Assembly (NCBI GenBank): GCA_963837945.1
Contig: CAWIQD010000009.1
Coordinates: 64,529 to 128,528 of the forward strand
Source of the DNA: an uncultured Acidobacteriota bacterium
GTDB lineage: Bacteria > Acidobacteriota > Thermoanaerobaculia > Multivoradales > DATKCC01
Length of the DNA stretch: 64,000 nt
Direction: 5' to 3'
A program made the position numbers and the translations under genes. The notes below the pieces were generated by a model. The model was not told where the DNA came from. It searched no databases and saw only the letters and a list, made by a program, of their open reading frames with translations. Below, in pieces: positions 55,536 to 64,000 of the stretch; position 1 is the stretch's first letter; the number at the start of each line of letters is the position of its first letter.

Positions 55536-57223
55536 AGCGCCCTCCTCCGGCGCGACCAGACCCAGAGCCCGAGGAGCACCGCCAGGCCCGGCAGGACCAG
55601 CACCACGAAGGCCATCGACCAGCGCAGCTGGGACGGGGTCATCGAGAGCCGCACCTGCTCCGGCTTCTTGGGCGGGATCCCGAGCAGGGTCTCGCGCTCG
55701 ATCAGCCAGTTGAAGAGGTTGTTGGCGAGGGTCCGGTTGCCCGGACCGAGGCGCAGGAAGGCCGTCGAGACGAGGTCGGAGTCGCCCACCACGACCAGGC
55801 GCATGGCCTGGGGCTTCTTCGCCTCGGCCGTCCCCTCCTGGTCCTTCTCCTCGGGGGTGGGCTTGGCGGCCTCGGCCTGCGGGTCCTTCGCGGCGGGTGG
55901 AGGATCGTCGTCTTCGGCCTGCGCGGCCTGGGCCTCCTCGGCCTGGGCGCCCCCGCCTCCGCCGTCCGCGGCGCCGGCCGCCTTGCCCTCGACCGCGACC
56001 GCCAACGAGACCGGACCCTTGAGGTCCCCCTCGCCCGGTCCCTGGAGCGTCTGGCTCGCGAAGCTGGTCACCGCCCAGCCGTCCGCGCTGCTCTGCATCA
56101 GCTCGGTCACCTTTGCGCCCTCGGGCGCCTTGCCGGCGCCGACCGAGCGGCTCTCGCGCACCAACACCGGGATGCCGGCATCGGCCAGGGCCTTGGTGAT
56201 CGGATGGTCGGTATAGCGCGTGGCGAAGAAAGTCTCCGGGGAGAAGCCCTGCGGGGTCGTCGACGGATCGACCACGACGTCGTCGCCGACCTTCACGCCG
56301 TAGTCGGCCAGCCACTTGCCGAGACCGAGATCGGCGAACCCGGCCTGGACGCCACCGGGCTGGAAGGCGGGGTCGAGGAGCACGAGCAGCCGGCCGCCAC
56401 CGGCGAGGTAGTCGCCGAGGGTCGCGAGCTCGCCCTGGGTGAAGGCGGCCCGGGGGCCGGCGATCACCACCAGGTCGGTTCCCTCGGGCACCGACTTGGC
56501 GCCCAGCGAGGCCCATTCCTGGAGATCGGTGTTGTCCGGGTTCAGCAGCTGGCGCACCGCCTGGAGGCCGGAGGTCGAGGCGTCGTCGAGAGAGAGCTCG
56601 CCGTGGCCGGTGGTGAACACGACCTTCGGCTTCTCGCCCTGGGTCAGGTCGACCAGGGCGGCGGTGAACTTCTCCTCGCCCTCGAAGGCCTTGATCTCCG
56701 CCTCCCGGCCCATCTGGGCGCCCGAGAAATCGAGCTGCGCCAGGTCGTCCGCCGGGACCACCCGGCGCTCGCCGCCGGCCTCGAACACCACGCCGGCCGA
56801 GGAGACTTTGTACTGGTCGACCAGGCGCTTGGCCTCGACCGGGTTGCGCTCCGGATCGATCCAGCGCACCTTCAGGTGCCGCGAGGCGGCCTCGTAGCGC
56901 GAGAGCAGCTCCTTGGTCGGCTCGTAGAGGCGCCCGCCGGGGGTGATGAACACCGTCACCTGCACGTCCTTGTCGAGGTGGGAGAGGACGTTTTCGGTGG
57001 TCTGGGAGAGGGAGTAGATCTTGGTCCTGGTCCAGTCGAAGCGGGCGTGGTACTTCCAGCCCAGGTAGTTGACGATCACCAGCAGGGCGAGCATCAGCAG
57101 AACCCCGGCCCCCAGCAGGGATCCCTTGATCGCGGCCGGGCCGGCGGAGCGGCGCTCCGGCCTTCCGGGCCGCGCTTCGTGCTCTTCGCTCGCCCCTCGT
57201 GTCGAATTCAGCTCGTCGGCCAC
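55532..57223 (-). CDS. GldG-like ABC auxiliary component
   Basis: FDWTRTKIYSLS, FTTGHGE, LVVIAGP, HPIT, RLVVVGDSD, C-terminal TM helix. Confidence 0.9.
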   Translation of the reverse strand: MADELNSTRGASEEHEARPGRPERRSAGPAAIKGSLLGAGVLLMLALLVIVNYLGWKYHARFDWTRTKIYSLSQTTENVLSHLDKDVQVTVFITPGGRLYEPTKELLSRYEAASRHLKVRWIDPERNPVEAKRLVDQYKVSSAGVVFEAGGERRVVPADDLAQLDFSGAQMGREAEIKAFEGEEKFTAALVDLTQGEKPKVVFTTGHGELSLDDASTSGLQAVRQLLNPDNTDLQEWASLGAKSVPEGTDLVVIAGPRAAFTQGELATLGDYLAGGGRLLVLLDPAFQPGGVQAGFADLGLGKWLADYGVKVGDDVVVDPSTTPQGFSPETFFATRYTDHPITKALADAGIPVLVRESRSVGAGKAPEGAKVTELMQSSADGWAVTSFASQTLQGPGEGDLKGPVSLAVAVEGKAAGAADGGGGGAQAEEAQAAQAEDDDPPPAAKDPQAEAAKPTPEEKDQEGTAEAKKPQAMRLVVVGDSDLVSTAFLRLGPGNRTLANNLFNWLIERETLLGIPPKKPEQVRLSMTPSQLRWSMAFVVLVLPGLAVLLGLWVWSRRRRAL

Positions 57224-57226
57224 CGG

Positions 57227-57963
57227 CTACCTCCACTTCCCGGACTCGAGGGCCCGGCTGCTCAAGAACAGGAAGAACGCGGTCGTCGTCAGGTAGAAGA
57301 CCAGGCGCCGCGTGTCGACGATCCCTTTCGCCAGATCCTCCATGTTGCCCGGCAGGCTCAGGTAGGCGACGACGTCCTTCAGGCCCTGGGCGTTGACGAA
57401 GTACTCGAGGAAGGCGACGCAGATGAGGACCAGGAGGATCGCGAAGCTGATGACCGCCGCGATGATCTGGTTGCGGGTCATGGCGGAGGCGAAGAGGCCG
57501 ACGGCCAGGAACAGGGCACCGATCAGCAGCACCCCCAGGTAGCCGGCCGCCACCACCCCCCAGTCGATCTCGCTGTAGAGGGCCACGATGACCGCGTAGC
57601 TCACCGTCGGGAGCCAGAGGAAGACGTAGAAGACGAGCGCCGCGAAGTACTTGCCGAGCACCACCTGGGTCTCGGAGACCGGCGCCGTCATGAGCACCTC
57701 GATCGAGCCGCTCTTGCGCTCCTCGGCGAGCAGGCGCATGGTCAGGACCGGCGCCACGAACAGGAGCACCAGCCAGAACAGGAAGGTGCCGCCGAAGAAC
57801 AGGTCGAGCGGCCGCCCCGCCTGCGCGAGCGGGTCGTTGAGGGCGAGGAGGATCAGCGAGAAGATGATCCCGTTGACGATCAAGAGGAAGCAGAGCACGA
57901 CGTAGGCGAGGGGCGAGAGGAAGTACGCCCGGATCTCGCGCTGGAAGGTGGCGAGGATGCCGT

Positions 57964-57967
<4 letters not shown>
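57227..57967 (-). CDS. ABC-2 permease (GldF-like)
   Basis: REIRAYFLSPLAY, TMRLLAEERKSGSIEVL, VLGKY, TRNQIIAA. Confidence 0.92.
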
Positions 57968-59016
<1,049 letters not shown>

Positions 59017-59158
59017 CTTTCCGGGGGACTCCTTTCGACGGGCGTGTGGTTCCAGCTCGGAGAGCCTTAGCAAATCGGGTGCCGGGCCCAAAGGCCCCAT
59101 GTTTCAGGGCGCCGGCGGCGAACCCCGGGAGCCACTCTGCCAATTGGCTGGCCGGGCA

Positions 59159-60794
59159 TCAAACCGCGCCGAACTCCTCGCCGAAGCGCCGCACCGCCTC
59201 GGGCGGGCCACAGACGTAGACCGTGTCGCGGGGCTCGAAGCGGAAGTCGGCGCCGAGGTCGAGGATCAGCTCGTCGTCCCGCTCGACCGCCACGACCGAG
59301 CAGCCGGTGCGCTCGCGGATCCGGAGCTCCGCCGGGTCGTAGCCGGCCAGCCGGCCCTCGGCGCTCGTCTTGAGCACCTTGAGCTGCGGGTCGATCGAGA
59401 TCGCCTCCTCGCGCAGCAGCCGGCGTGCCAGGATCTGTCCGGAGACCTGGCTGATCGAGAGGGCGAAGTCGGCGCCCGCCCGGTGGATCCGCTCGACGTT
59501 CTCGGCACGGTTGACCCGGGCGATCACCGGAACGTCCGGTGCGGCCTCCTTCGCGATCACGGTGGCGAAGAGGGTCGCGGAGTCGGTGTCGAGGGCGAGG
59601 ATCACCCCCTGGGTGCTCTCGCCCAGGAGCTGCTCGACGACGGTCGGATCGAGCATGTCCCCCACCAGGTCGACGCCTTCGCCCTCCTTGCGGTCGACCA
59701 CCACCACGCTCTCGCCGGCGTCGGTCGAGGAGCTCGACGACCTTGCGCCCCACCTCGCCGTGGCCGCCGACCACGAACCGCCCGCGCCGGCGCAGAGGCA
59801 CCGCCCCGCTCACCAGCTCGAGCAGGCGCTCGACGCTCTCGTCGGTGCCGGCGATCACCAGGATCGCCCCCGGCTCGATGCGGGTCGAGGCCGACGGCGG
59901 GGCGTGGAGCACGCCGCCCACCCACTGCCCGATGACCGCCGCGCCGGTGCGGGCACCGATCGCCGCCTCCTCGAGCGTCTGTCCCGCCAGGCTGCTCTCC
60001 GGTTGCACCCGCAGCTGGTGGATCTCGAGCCGGCCGAGGTTCTGGACGCCGGCGACCCGGGGGCTGATCCGAACGCTCGCCCGCGCCGCGAGCGCCGCGC
60101 CCAGGACGTGGCGCGGGGTGAAGACCGCCGTGGCGCCGGCGAGCAGCAGGGGGCGGCGGTGGAGAGGCTCCTCCACCAGTCCCAGGATCTCGCCCGCGAA
60201 CCCGGACTGGCGCGCCGCCAGGATGACCGCCGCGTTGACGTCGTCCGAGCCGTTGGCGATCAAGGCCCGGGCTTGCTCGAGACGGGCGCCCTCGAGGGCG
60301 CCGTCGTCGAGGCGGGAGTGGACCACCCGTCGGCCGCGCTCGGCGAGGCGCCGTGCCACGGCTTCGTCCTCCTCGACCACGACCGTCGCGAGGCCCTCGC
60401 GCTCGGTCTGCTCGACCAGCGTCTCGACCGCCGGGCCGTAACCGTAGACCACCAGGTGGCCGGTGAGCTCCTCGTCGAGCTCCTGGGGCAGGCGGGTTTC
60501 GAAGCGCTCCTCGAGGAAGGGGATGAGGAAGATGGGGATGATCAGGAAGACCAGGAAGACGCCCAAGAACTGGAGCAGGACCACGAACAGCACCATCGTC
60601 GGGCTGTGCCAGGCGGCGTCCGCACCGTAGCCCGTCGTGCTCAGGGTCTCGCCCACGAACTCGAGACTCTGCCAGAAACCCCGGGGGCGGCCCTCGAGCC
60701 AGGCCATGCCCGCCATGTAGGCCAAGCTCGAGACGACCAGCAGGACCGGCAGCGAGGCGAGCAGGGCGAGAAGCCGCCGGCGCGAGGTCCGCAT
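59159..60794 (-). CDS. potassium channel-like protein with two TrkA-N/TrkA-C (RCK) repeats (frameshift near 59725)
   Basis: Pore motif TLSTTGYG, GYGP and GHGEVG Rossmann starts; continues in ORF 59159-59707. Confidence 0.88.
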
Positions 60795-60857
60795 CGGCCG
60801 ATTGTACGGCGAGCGGCGTCGTCGCCCCGCCGCGCACGACAGCCGAGGCTGGAGAAG

Positions 60858-61054
60858 TCTCGCGCAGAGCCGCAGAGGCGCAGAGGCGCGGCTCATGTCG
60901 ACGAGGGGGGGGTGATGCCCTCCTCGATCCGATGCGCGCCGAAGCTCGAGAGCCCGCATTGGGCGCTCTACCTAATGCCCTCGTGGCCTGGTCCATGAGC
61001 TGAGGCTGCGCCCATCGATCGCCCTCCTCTGCGGCTCTGCGCCTCTGCGCGAGA
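60858..61054. repeat. inverted-repeat element with (GCAGAGSC)n arms, long form
   Basis: 28-nt arms complementary at 26 of 28 positions; the left 37 nt match the element at 11142 at 36 of 37 positions. Confidence 0.85.
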
Positions 61055-61117
61055 ATCTACGTGCCGGATCCCGGCGCCTCGTCGCTTTGAGGCGGAGCTT
61101 CACTAGAATCCATGCCG

Positions 61118-61495
61118 ATGGAGGTGCGTCTCGACAAGTGGCTCCAGGTCGCCCGGGTGTTCAAGACCCGGAGCCAGGCGACCCGGGCCTGCACCCTCTC
61201 GCGGGTCAGGGTCAACGGCCAGTCCGCCAAGCCGCACAAGAGCCTGGCGCTGGGCGACCGGATCGAGGTCGAGCAGGGAGACTGGACCCGGACCCTGGTG
61301 GTCCGCGAGCTGCGCGACAAGCCGGTCGCCAAGGCCCTGGCCGCCGAGCTCTACGAGGACCTGAGCCCGCCCCGGCCCCACCTCAGCGAGCTCGAGCGGC
61401 TGATGCGCAAGCCTCCGGAGCGGCGCGAGCGGGGAACCGGGCGGCCGACGAAGAAGGAGCGGCGGGACCTGGAGCGGTGGCGAGACGACCTGTAG
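61118..61495 (+). CDS. S4-domain RNA-binding protein (Hsp15/HslR-like)
   Basis: VRLDKWL..RVFKTRSQA..GRPTKKERR; ATG 61118 lies 8 nt after TAGAAT. Confidence 0.9.
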   Translation: MEVRLDKWLQVARVFKTRSQATRACTLSRVRVNGQSAKPHKSLALGDRIEVEQGDWTRTLVVRELRDKPVAKALAAELYEDLSPPRPHLSELERLMRKPPERRERGTGRPTKKERRDLERWRDDL

Positions 61496-62639
61496 GCCGG
61501 CTCACGCCGCCGAGCAGCTCGCCCCAGGGCTTGAGCGGCTCGACGTGGTCGCAGACGATCTTCACCGTCGCGATCAGCGGCACCGCCAGCAGGGCTCCGA
61601 CGACCCCCCACATCCAGCCCCAGAAGATGATCCCGACGAAGATGATCAGCGGGTTGAGGGTGAGGCGGCGGCCCACGATGGTCGGGGTCACGAACGACCC
61701 CTCGATGGCGGTCAGCGTCAGGTAGAGCGCCGGCGGCGCCAGCGCCGCGCCCACGCTGTCGAAGGTCAGCAGCGCGACCAGGGCGACCACCGAGACCCCG
61801 ACCACGGCGCCGAGGTAGGGCACGAAGTTGAGCAGACCGGCCATGACTCCCCAGAGCACGGGGTTGGGCATGTCCAGCCACCACAGGCCGAGGCCCACCA
61901 GGATCCCGAGGCAGGTGTTGATCAAGGTGATGGTGAACAGGTACATGGAAATGCTGTGCTCGACCCGGCGGGCGATGCTCAGCATTCGCGTGCGGTGCCG
62001 CTGGGTCGGCAAGACGCCCGCCGCCTTGCGCAGGAAGACGTCCCCCGAAGCGAGCAGGAAGTAGAGCAACACGAGCATCACCGCGCCCGCCGAGGCGACG
62101 GTCGCGGTGAAGTCCATCAGGTTGCCCGAGAGCGACTTGCCGGCGACCTCGACCTCGCGCGTCTTCTTGCCGCCGACGTCGGTGATCCGTTCGACCTCCT
62201 GGGTCGCCCGGTTGACCTTGGCCACCGGCTCCTTGATCTGGCGGACCTTCGCCTCGAGCTTGCGCAGGCTCCGCGGCGCCCGGTCCATCCAGTCGGCGGC
62301 GGGAGAGGCGAGGTAGTAGACGCCTCCCCCGACCACCGCGACCAGACCGGCGACCACCACTCCCGCCGCGATCCAGCGCGGCACGTGGAGCCGGCGCAAG
62401 AACCGGACGGCCGGCGCGAGAAGCAGCCCGAGCATGACCGCGAGGACGATCGGCAGCACCACCACCCGGGCCACGTAGAGGGCACCGAGCAGAGCCAGCA
62501 CGAACAGCCCGACGACGGCCGCGCGCGGCACGTCGTAGCGCATCCGACGCCGGCGGCCGCCCGCCGCCTGCGGCGGCGCTTCCGCCGCCGCGGGCTCGAA
62601 CGCCGCGGGATCCGCTTCGCGGTGGAAGGGATGGCTCAT
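61383..62639 (-). CDS. AI-2E family transporter (true 3' end probably near 61502)
   Basis: LLNFVPYLG, IEGSFVTP, WGVVGALLAVP. The 113-nt convergent overlap with the S4 gene is suspicious. Confidence 0.88.
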   Translation of the reverse strand: MSHPFHREADPAAFEPAAAEAPPQAAGGRRRRMRYDVPRAAVVGLFVLALLGALYVARVVVLPIVLAVMLGLLLAPAVRFLRRLHVPRWIAAGVVVAGLVAVVGGGVYYLASPAADWMDRAPRSLRKLEAKVRQIKEPVAKVNRATQEVERITDVGGKKTREVEVAGKSLSGNLMDFTATVASAGAVMLVLLYFLLASGDVFLRKAAGVLPTQRHRTRMLSIARRVEHSISMYLFTITLINTCLGILVGLGLWWLDMPNPVLWGVMAGLLNFVPYLGAVVGVSVVALVALLTFDSVGAALAPPALYLTLTAIEGSFVTPTIVGRRLTLNPLIIFVGIIFWGWMWGVVGALLAVPLIATVKIVCDHVEPLKPWGELLGGVSRPTGRLATAPGPAAPSSSAARFPARAAPEACASAARAR

Positions 62640-62664
62640 CTCGCGCCGCCGTCCCTCCCGGCGC

Positions 62665-62829
62665 TCACACCCTCCGCACGAGGTGGAGGATCAGCGAGAT
62701 GATGAAGATCACCAGGAAGATGAAGAAGAGGATCTTGGCGATGCCCGCGGCGGCTCCGGCGACTCCACCGAAGCCGAAGACCGCGGCGATGATGGCGATG
62801 ACCAGGAAAATCAAAGCCCATTGCAACAT
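62665..62829 (-). CDS. DUF1328 small membrane protein
   Basis: [38 protein letters not shown]; SD GGAGG. Confidence 0.92.
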   Translation of the reverse strand: MLQWALIFLVIAIIAAVFGFGGVAGAAAGIAKILFFIFLVIFIISLILHLVRRV

Positions 62830-62945
62830 GCTACTCCCTCCTTTCGGCATTTGGATCTCATGGCATCTGACACTCTCGCAGCCGGAGCCGACATCGATCG
62901 ACCTCGCCAGCTTTGGATCTTGGCTGCGCGATCGCCCGGCACGGC

Positions 62946-62961
62946 TGCAAGAGGCAGGCCA
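62946..62961 (-). promoter_or_regulatory. putative sigma54 promoter
   Basis: The minus strand reads TGGCCTGCCTCTTGCA (GG-N10-GC), upstream of DUF1328. Confidence 0.5.
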
Positions 62962-62985
62962 ACCGCGCTCGACGAGACGGCGCGA

Positions 62986-64000
62986 TCAGCTCGGCGAAGC
63001 GCCCGGCGGGGGCTGCGGAGGGGCGGCCACCTCGCCCCGGTAGATCCTCGACGCGCGGTAGCTCTCGAGCCAGTGGCGCAGGAAGACCTGGATCGCCGCC
63101 GCCGCCGGAACGGCGATCAGCATGCCGAAGATCCCGAACAGCGAGCCCCCTACGATGATGGCGAGGAGCACCCATACGGGGTGGAGGTTGACGCTCCGGC
63201 CGAGGATCCGGGGCGACAGGAAGGTCCCCTCGAGGAGCTGCGAGGCGCTGAAGACGGCGAGCACCAGGAGCACCCGCACCCAGCTTCCGTACTCGGCCCA
63301 GCACAGGAGGATCGCGGGCAACAAGCCGACGACCAGCGACATGTAGGGGATCATGTTGGCCAGGCCCGCCACGATCCCGATCACCAGCCCGAGCGGCACG
63401 CCGATCAGCAGCAGCCCGACCGAGTTGATGAAGGCGAGGATCAGCGCGATCGTGAGCTGACCGCGGAGGAAGCTCGCCACCGCCTCGTCCACCTCCCGCA
63501 CGCGCGCGAGCACCACCGCGCGATAGGGCATCGGCACGAGCTCGCGCATGCCCCGCTTGACCTTCGGGAAGTCGACCAGCAGGTAGAAGGCGAAGACCGG
63601 CACGAAGATCAGGTTGAGCAGGAAGAGGATGAAGGCCCCGACGCTGACGAAGATCCGCGACAGCCAGTGCCCCACCGAGGCCGCGAGCTTCGGCAGGTTC
63701 TCGCGCGCGGTCTCCACCGTCCGGTCCCGCATCTCGACGAACTCGGCGGGGTACCGGGCGCGGACCCGCTCGAGCAGGGGCTGGACCTGGTCGCGCAGCC
63801 GGCGGGTGTACTGGGGCAAGCGTTCGGTGAGGCTCTGGAACTCCTGCCCGATGGCCGGCACCAGGTAGAGGAAGAAGCCGGTCAGGGCGAGGACCAGCAC
63901 CAGCGTCATGACGATGACCGCCCAGCCGCGGCTCCACCCGTGGCGCTCGAGCCAGGAGACCACCGGATCGAGCAGGTAGGCGATGCCGAAGCCGACCAGC
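62986..64000 (-). CDS. AI-2E family transporter (5' partial)
   Basis: AYLLDPVV, FLRGQL, ANMIPY, LEGTFLSPRILGRSVNLHP. Confidence 0.9.
   Translation of the reverse strand, partial: LVGFGIAYLLDPVVSWLERHGWSRGWAVIVMTLVLVLALTGFFLYLVPAIGQEFQSLTERLPQYTRRLRDQVQPLLERVRARYPAEFVEMRDRTVETARENLPKLAASVGHWLSRIFVSVGAFILFLLNLIFVPVFAFYLLVDFPKVKRGMRELVPMPYRAVVLARVREVDEAVASFLRGQLTIALILAFINSVGLLLIGVPLGLVIGIVAGLANMIPYMSLVVGLLPAILLCWAEYGSWVRVLLVLAVFSASQLLEGTFLSPRILGRSVNLHPVWVLLAIIVGGSLFGIFGMLIAVPAAAAIQVFLRHWLESYRASRIYRGEVAAPPQPPPGASPS

Noticed and set aside
61383-61501. Convergent coding overlap between the AI-2E and S4-domain genes
   Set aside because: The extension is low-complexity and an out-of-frame TGA lies at 61502-61504, so it is probably an indel or a trivial read-through.

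Overview
Very GC-rich chromosomal window, mostly core genes. The gene content (GWxTD lipoprotein, ASPIC/UnbV proteins, DUF3857 transglutaminases, GldAFG-like ABC system) suggests Acidobacteriota, probably Thermoanaerobaculia; this is inference. About 55 genes are present, including ugd/UDP-GlcA decarboxylase, a divergent ClpX-like ATPase, a multiheme cytochrome/TPR gene paired with an ASPIC-UnbV gene, fabH, folE, a PTPS-III-type enzyme, selB, polA, an L,D-transpeptidase, a split methylmalonyl-CoA mutase, an aconitase-like protein, a sigma54 two-component system, ABC components and a K+ channel. At least nine genes carry single-base frameshifts that look like long-read errors. I found no tRNA, rRNA, CRISPR array or transposase. 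Highlights not visible in the ORF track: (1) a CxxU Rdx selenoprotein with a SECIS hairpin, 2.4 kb from selB; (2) three 164-181 bp fold-back elements with unrelated terminal inverted repeats but a shared central core; (3) a repeated sigma54-like promoter motif before stress-type genes; (4) a full sigma54 promoter plus enhancer architecture before an adaptor/ATPase pair that has no permease; (5) a 12-copy REP-like palindrome family and other short repeat families; (6) many apparently leaderless genes; (7) a less GC-biased two-gene secreted-protein cassette of unknown function. All family assignments come from motif recognition by eye, not from database searches.
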